DNA of 64,000 nt from an uncultured Actinomycetes bacterium (GTDB taxonomy: Bacteria; Actinomycetota; UBA4738; HRBIN12): assembly GCA_963704725.1 (NCBI GenBank), contig OY969934.1, positions 3,168,001 to 3,232,000 on the forward strand. Reading direction: 5' to 3'. How positions within the stretch are numbered: position 1 is the stretch's first letter; each line of letters starts with the position of its first letter. The position numbers and the translations under genes are program-made. The notes below the pieces were generated by a model. The model was given only the letters and a program-made list of their open reading frames with translations, made no database searches and was not told where the DNA came from. Positions 60,035 through 64,000 of the stretch are shown piece after piece.

Positions 60035-62122
60035 TCACGACCGTTGGATCACGAGCGCGTCGACGGCCACGCAGCCGTTCGGGCCGCAGATCACGGGGTT
60101 CGCGTCGAGCGCGTCGATGCGGTCCCCCAGGTCGTGCGCGAGCCAGGAGACCGCGACCACCGCTCGGACGAGCGCGTCGAGGTCGGCGGGCGGCTCGCCG
60201 CGGAACCCTTCCAAGAGCGGGCGCACCTTCAGGCCGTCGACCATGCGCCGCGCCCGCATCTCGTCCAGGGGCGGCACGGCCAACCGGCGATCGCGCAGGA
60301 CCTCCACGAGCACACCCCCCGCCGCGACCAGAACGAGCGGGCCGAACTGCGGGTCGTGGACGATGCCCAGGTTCATCTCGACGCCCGGTGGAGCCATCGG
60401 CGCCACCACCACGGCGGGACCGAGCGAGGCGCGCAGCCCTTCGTAGGCCTCCACCACCTCCGTCGGATCGCGGAGGTTCAGTCGAACCCCACCGACGTCC
60501 GACTTGTGCACGATCCCGCGCATCGCCGTCTTGACCACGACCGGGTACCCGAGCTCCCGGGCGGCGTCGAGGGTCTCGGCGGCGGTCGAGGCGAGGCGGC
60601 GGTCGACCACGGAGACTCCCCAGTCCGCGAGGAGCGCGAGCCCCTCCGACTCCCCCAGCGGCGTCGGCTCCGTCAGGCGCTCGCGCCATCGCTCGCGGAT
60701 CCCGATCGCAACCGGGGAGTCGCCCTCGAGCGCGGGCCGCGCGCGGTGGTCCCGATACTCGAACAGGTGGCGGAACGCGGCGAGACCCGTGAGCGTGCCC
60801 TCGAGCACGGGGATGCCGGCGTCCTCGAGAAGCTGAACGTCGCCCCGGTCGATCCCGCTCGACAGGTTCGAGAGCATCGCGTACGGCTTGTCGGTCTCGC
60901 CGAACGTCGCGGTGGCCATCCCGATGTAGCCCATGTCGGGGCTGTCCTCCGTCGTGAGGTCGACGGCGAACGCGAGCGCGGCGACGTCCGGATCGTCCAG
61001 GAGCGCCCGGACGCACCCCGTCACCACCTCGTGCGCGTCGCGCCCGGTTCCCCAGAAGTCGAGCGGGTTCACCGCGAGGAGCCCCTCGTCGAGCAGGGCC
61101 GCCATGCGCTCGGAGGTCTCCGCCGAGATCCGGGCCAGCGGAACCCCGACCGCGGCGGCCGAGTCGACGAGCAGCGCGCGCTCGCCCCCGGAGTCGTGGA
61201 CGGTGGCCAGCCCGCCCGGTCCGGCCCGGCGCCCGGCGTCGAACAGCGCGAGCGTGTCCGCCATCTCGTCCAGGCTCTCGACGCGGAGTACGCCGTAGGC
61301 GTCGAACAGGGCCTCGTACGCACCGTCCTCGCCGGCCAGCGCCCCCGAGTGCGCCTCGACCATCGCGCGCGTGAGGGTCTCGCGTCCCACCTTCAGCACG
61401 ACGACGGGGACGTCTCGCTCCTGCGCCCGGCGCACCGCATCCACGAACCCGACCGGATCGCGGATCGTCTCGATGAACAGCCCGATCACGGTTGTGCTGT
61501 CGAGCGAGAGGGCGTATCGCAGGTAATCGGCCGCCGTCGTGACCAGCTCCTGCCCCGCCGACACGGCCAGGTTCAAGCCCAGGTTGCGGCGGTTGTGAAT
61601 CACGGCGCTGAAGGCCGAGCCCGAGTGCGACACGAACGTGATGCCCCCGACCTTCACGTCCTTCGGCTCGTAGAACCCCAGCGCGCGCACGCGCCGCTCG
61701 AAGTTGGCGAACCCCATCCCGTTGCCGCCGCACACGGCCATCCCGGCCCCGCGCGCGATCGCGGCCAGGCGGTCGGTGAGCGGCGGGAGGCCCTCGCGCG
61801 GCGTCTCGTAGCCGCTGGCGAAGATCACGGCGGAGGCGGCCCCGGCCTCGGCGGCCAGCCCGAGCTGCTCCTCGAGACGGGCGTTCGACACCGCCAGGAT
61901 CGCGAGGTCCACGGGCTCGCCGACCTCGGCCAGCGAGGGGAGACACGGCAGGCCGAGGATCTCGCCGTACTTGGGGTTCACCGGGACGATCCGGCCCTCG
62001 AACCCCCCCTCAACGAGCTCGACGAGGCTCTGGTGGCCCACGGAGCCCTCTCGCGCGCTCGCGCCGACGACGGCGACCGAACGCGCCTCCAGCATGCGCT
62101 GGAGGGGGGTGCGCTCCGACAT
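60035..62122 (-). CDS. Acetate--CoA ligase family (NDP-forming acyl-CoA synthetase, fused subunits)
   Basis: SVAVVGAS, PVNP, GGNGMG, SHSGS, HSGALAG, NPLD, GYPVVVK...HKSDVGGV, DPQFGP, DANP. Confidence 0.88.
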   Translation of the reverse strand: MSERTPLQRMLEARSVAVVGASAREGSVGHQSLVELVEGGFEGRIVPVNPKYGEILGLPCLPSLAEVGEPVDLAILAVSNARLEEQLGLAAEAGAASAVIFASGYETPREGLPPLTDRLAAIARGAGMAVCGGNGMGFANFERRVRALGFYEPKDVKVGGITFVSHSGSAFSAVIHNRRNLGLNLAVSAGQELVTTAADYLRYALSLDSTTVIGLFIETIRDPVGFVDAVRRAQERDVPVVVLKVGRETLTRAMVEAHSGALAGEDGAYEALFDAYGVLRVESLDEMADTLALFDAGRRAGPGGLATVHDSGGERALLVDSAAAVGVPLARISAETSERMAALLDEGLLAVNPLDFWGTGRDAHEVVTGCVRALLDDPDVAALAFAVDLTTEDSPDMGYIGMATATFGETDKPYAMLSNLSSGIDRGDVQLLEDAGIPVLEGTLTGLAAFRHLFEYRDHRARPALEGDSPVAIGIRERWRERLTEPTPLGESEGLALLADWGVSVVDRRLASTAAETLDAARELGYPVVVKTAMRGIVHKSDVGGVRLNLRDPTEVVEAYEGLRASLGPAVVVAPMAPPGVEMNLGIVHDPQFGPLVLVAAGGVLVEVLRDRRLAVPPLDEMRARRMVDGLKVRPLLEGFRGEPPADLDALVRAVVAVSWLAHDLGDRIDALDANPVICGPNGCVAVDALVIQRS

Positions 62123-62131
62123 GCCGGGAGG

Positions 62132-63751
62132 CTACTTCTTGGACCCGACCGCCCGGTCCCGCTTGGCCTGGCGGAACGCCTGCCAGCCGGGGATGCCACA
62201 TACGCCGCCGCCGGCGTGCGTCGCGCTCGAGCCGTGGTACAGGCCCCGGATCGGCGTCCGATAGTCCGCGTACCCGACGGCCGGGCGCATGTGGAAGAGC
62301 TGGTCCACCGAGAGCTCGCCGTGGAAGATGTTCCCGCCGATCAGGCCGAGCTCCTGCTCCATGTCGTACGGGCCGATCACCTGGCGCGCGATCACGCTGG
62401 CCTTGAAGTTCGGCGCGAGCTCCGTGTAGGCGTCGACGATGCGGTCGGCGTAGGCCTCGAGCTCCTCGCGGTGCGGCTCGCTCACCCAATCGTCCGGCAC
62501 CCACTGCGTGAACATCGAGAAGTTGTGGACGCCCTCGGGCATGAGGGTCCGATCGAGCGTCGTCGGGATCACGCCGTCGACGAACGGCCGCTCGGACGCC
62601 TTGCGCAGGAAGTGCGCATCCTGGAACGCCTTCTCGGCGTACTCGGGGCTGAAGCAGAGCTCGACCGAGCCGGTGTGGTGGTCCTTGAGCTCCTTGCCGG
62701 GGTCGGCGATGAAGTCCGGCAGCTCGCTGATGGCGAAGTTGACCTTCACCACGCCGCTGCGGGTGCGGAAGTTGCGGATGTCGCGGACGAAGTCGGCCGG
62801 CAGGTCGGCCTCGTCGAGCAGCTTCAGGAACGCGATCTGCGGGTGAATCGTGGTGACGACGACGGGCGCCCGGAGCTCCTCGCCGTTCTCGAGCGCGACG
62901 CCGACGGCGCGACCGGAGCGGACGAGGATCTTCGCCACCCGGGCGTTCGTGCGGATCTCGGCCCCGAACGACTCGGCGGCCCGACGGCACGCGTCGGAGA
63001 CGCCGCCCATGCCGCCCTCCTGGTACCCCCACGAGCCGAGGTGCCCGTCGCCGACGTCGCCGATCGAGTGGTGGAGCATCACGTACGCCGTGCCCGGCGA
63101 GTCCGGCCCCGCCCACGTCCCGATCACGCCGTTCACGGTGAGCATGCCCTTCACGGGATCGGACTCGAACCACTCGTTCAGCAGGTCGCTCACGCTCATC
63201 GTGAAGAGCTTCGTGACGTCGCCGGCGCCGCGGACGCCGAGCCCTCGCGCTTTCCACGCCACGCGGAGCTGCTCGAGCAGGTCCTTGACCTTCATCGAGC
63301 CGATCGGCGGCGGTACCTGCAGCAGCAGCGGCCCCATCACGTCCGCGACACCCGAGAGCCACGCGTCCCACTTCGGGATGGCCTCGGCGTCCTTCTTGGA
63401 GAACTGCGAGATCGACTCGTAGTTCTTCTTCGCGTCGTCCGCGTAGATCTTGATCGAGCGGCCGTCCGGATACGCCTGGTAGTAGGGCCCGAACGGCGTG
63501 ACCTTGTAGCCGTGCCGCTCGAGCTCGAGCTCCTTGATCACGGTCGGCGGCATGAGGCTCATCACGTACGAGTAGGTCGTCACGCGGAAGTCGGGATGCT
63601 CCGGCCACGGGCTGCTCGTGTCGGCCGCCCCACCCGTCTTGTCCCGGCCCTCCAGGACCACGGTCCGGGCGCCGGACTTGGCGAAGAAGCCCGCGCTGAT
63701 GAGCCCGTTGTGCCCGCCGCCGATCACGATCGCGTCGTAGACGTTGGCCAT
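62132..63751 (-). CDS. NAD(P)/FAD oxidoreductase, phytoene-desaturase-like (second homologue)
   Basis: VIGGGHNGL, AYVMLHH, GGMGGV, GGNIFHGEL, THAGGGVCG. GAGGAG RBS before ATG 63751. Confidence 0.85.
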   Translation of the reverse strand: MANVYDAIVIGGGHNGLISAGFFAKSGARTVVLEGRDKTGGAADTSSPWPEHPDFRVTTYSYVMSLMPPTVIKELELERHGYKVTPFGPYYQAYPDGRSIKIYADDAKKNYESISQFSKKDAEAIPKWDAWLSGVADVMGPLLLQVPPPIGSMKVKDLLEQLRVAWKARGLGVRGAGDVTKLFTMSVSDLLNEWFESDPVKGMLTVNGVIGTWAGPDSPGTAYVMLHHSIGDVGDGHLGSWGYQEGGMGGVSDACRRAAESFGAEIRTNARVAKILVRSGRAVGVALENGEELRAPVVVTTIHPQIAFLKLLDEADLPADFVRDIRNFRTRSGVVKVNFAISELPDFIADPGKELKDHHTGSVELCFSPEYAEKAFQDAHFLRKASERPFVDGVIPTTLDRTLMPEGVHNFSMFTQWVPDDWVSEPHREELEAYADRIVDAYTELAPNFKASVIARQVIGPYDMEQELGLIGGNIFHGELSVDQLFHMRPAVGYADYRTPIRGLYHGSSATHAGGGVCGIPGWQAFRQAKRDRAVGSKK

Positions 63752-63800
63752 GGTCGTGCCGCTCTCCTCGCTCTGGGAACCCGGGCATCCTTCCACGTCT

Positions 63801-63887
63801 TTGAACGGCCAGTCAAGCCGTTCTCGGACCGGCCAGTCGGTTGACATGCCTGCTCAGCGGGGTAAAGTCCGCTGAACCTCGGTTCAG
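63801..63887 (+). promoter_or_regulatory. Divergent control region: sigma-A promoter flanked by palindromic operators
   Basis: TTGACA (63841-63846) - 16 nt - TAAAGT (63863-63868). Boxes TTGAACGGCCAGTCAA (63801-63816) and CTGAACCTCGGTTCAG (63872-63887). TCAGCGG/CCGCTGA flank the -10. Confidence 0.7.
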
Positions 63888-63962
63888 ACGCGTGGTCGAA
63901 CCGCGCGCCCGGCTGTCCGGCGTTCAGGACCGCGTCGAGGGCCGGGTGGAGGGAAGGACGGC

Positions 63963-64000
63963 ATGAGCACGAGCGCGAAGAACACCAAGGACCGGCACCA
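63963..64000 (+). CDS. Start of a gene truncated by the window edge (MSTSAKNTKDRH...)
   Basis: GGAGGGAAGGA RBS and an upstream promoter. Too short to identify. Confidence 0.5.
   Translation, partial: MSTSAKNTKDRH

Noticed and set aside
53452-63751. Carotenoid biosynthesis cluster
   Set aside because: No phytoene synthase, GGPP synthase or cyclase nearby. The motifs fit the broader PYROXD2-like oxidoreductases.

Overview
A very GC-rich, gene-dense chromosomal window, most likely from an actinobacterium (inferred from a PolD2/Prim-Pol gene, a PAC2 proteasome chaperone, an IclR gene divergent from leuCD, and many leaderless genes). I found no rRNA, tRNA, CRISPR array or intact mobile element. 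Main contents: (i) a DNA-repair pair (end of a 5'-3' exonuclease plus an AEP polymerase); (ii) mixed accessory genes (Rieske oxygenase with an EEP lipoprotein, TadE/TadG-vWA, LCP, aromatic amino-acid lyase, metallophosphoesterase with a ParB-like protein); (iii) a dispersed branched-chain amino-acid cluster (IclR/leuCD, then ilvB-ilvN-ilvC-leuA-leuB-cimA behind a leader-peptide attenuator, then ilvD-thrC), interrupted by two tandem membrane PAS-GGDEF-EAL paralogues; (iv) a flavin oxidoreductase/amidase/acyl-CoA ligase catabolic block. The best candidate for an undescribed system is at 15057-16860. An XRE-HTH + TPR regulator of NprR/PlcR-like architecture is divergent from a 34-aa signal-peptide-like ORF (MRARGWKVRARALALTLGTLAAMLVAGAASWPKH) that the ORF track missed. 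That ORF has its own RBS, a sigma-A-like promoter and an upstream palindrome, and is followed by a 69-aa unknown gene. This is the layout of an RRNPP-type peptide signalling cassette, here outside the Firmicutes. A recurrent 16-bp palindrome (YTGAAC-N4-RKTCAR) also links genes at both ends of the window into a possible regulon. Start sites were re-chosen by eye and no database searches were run.
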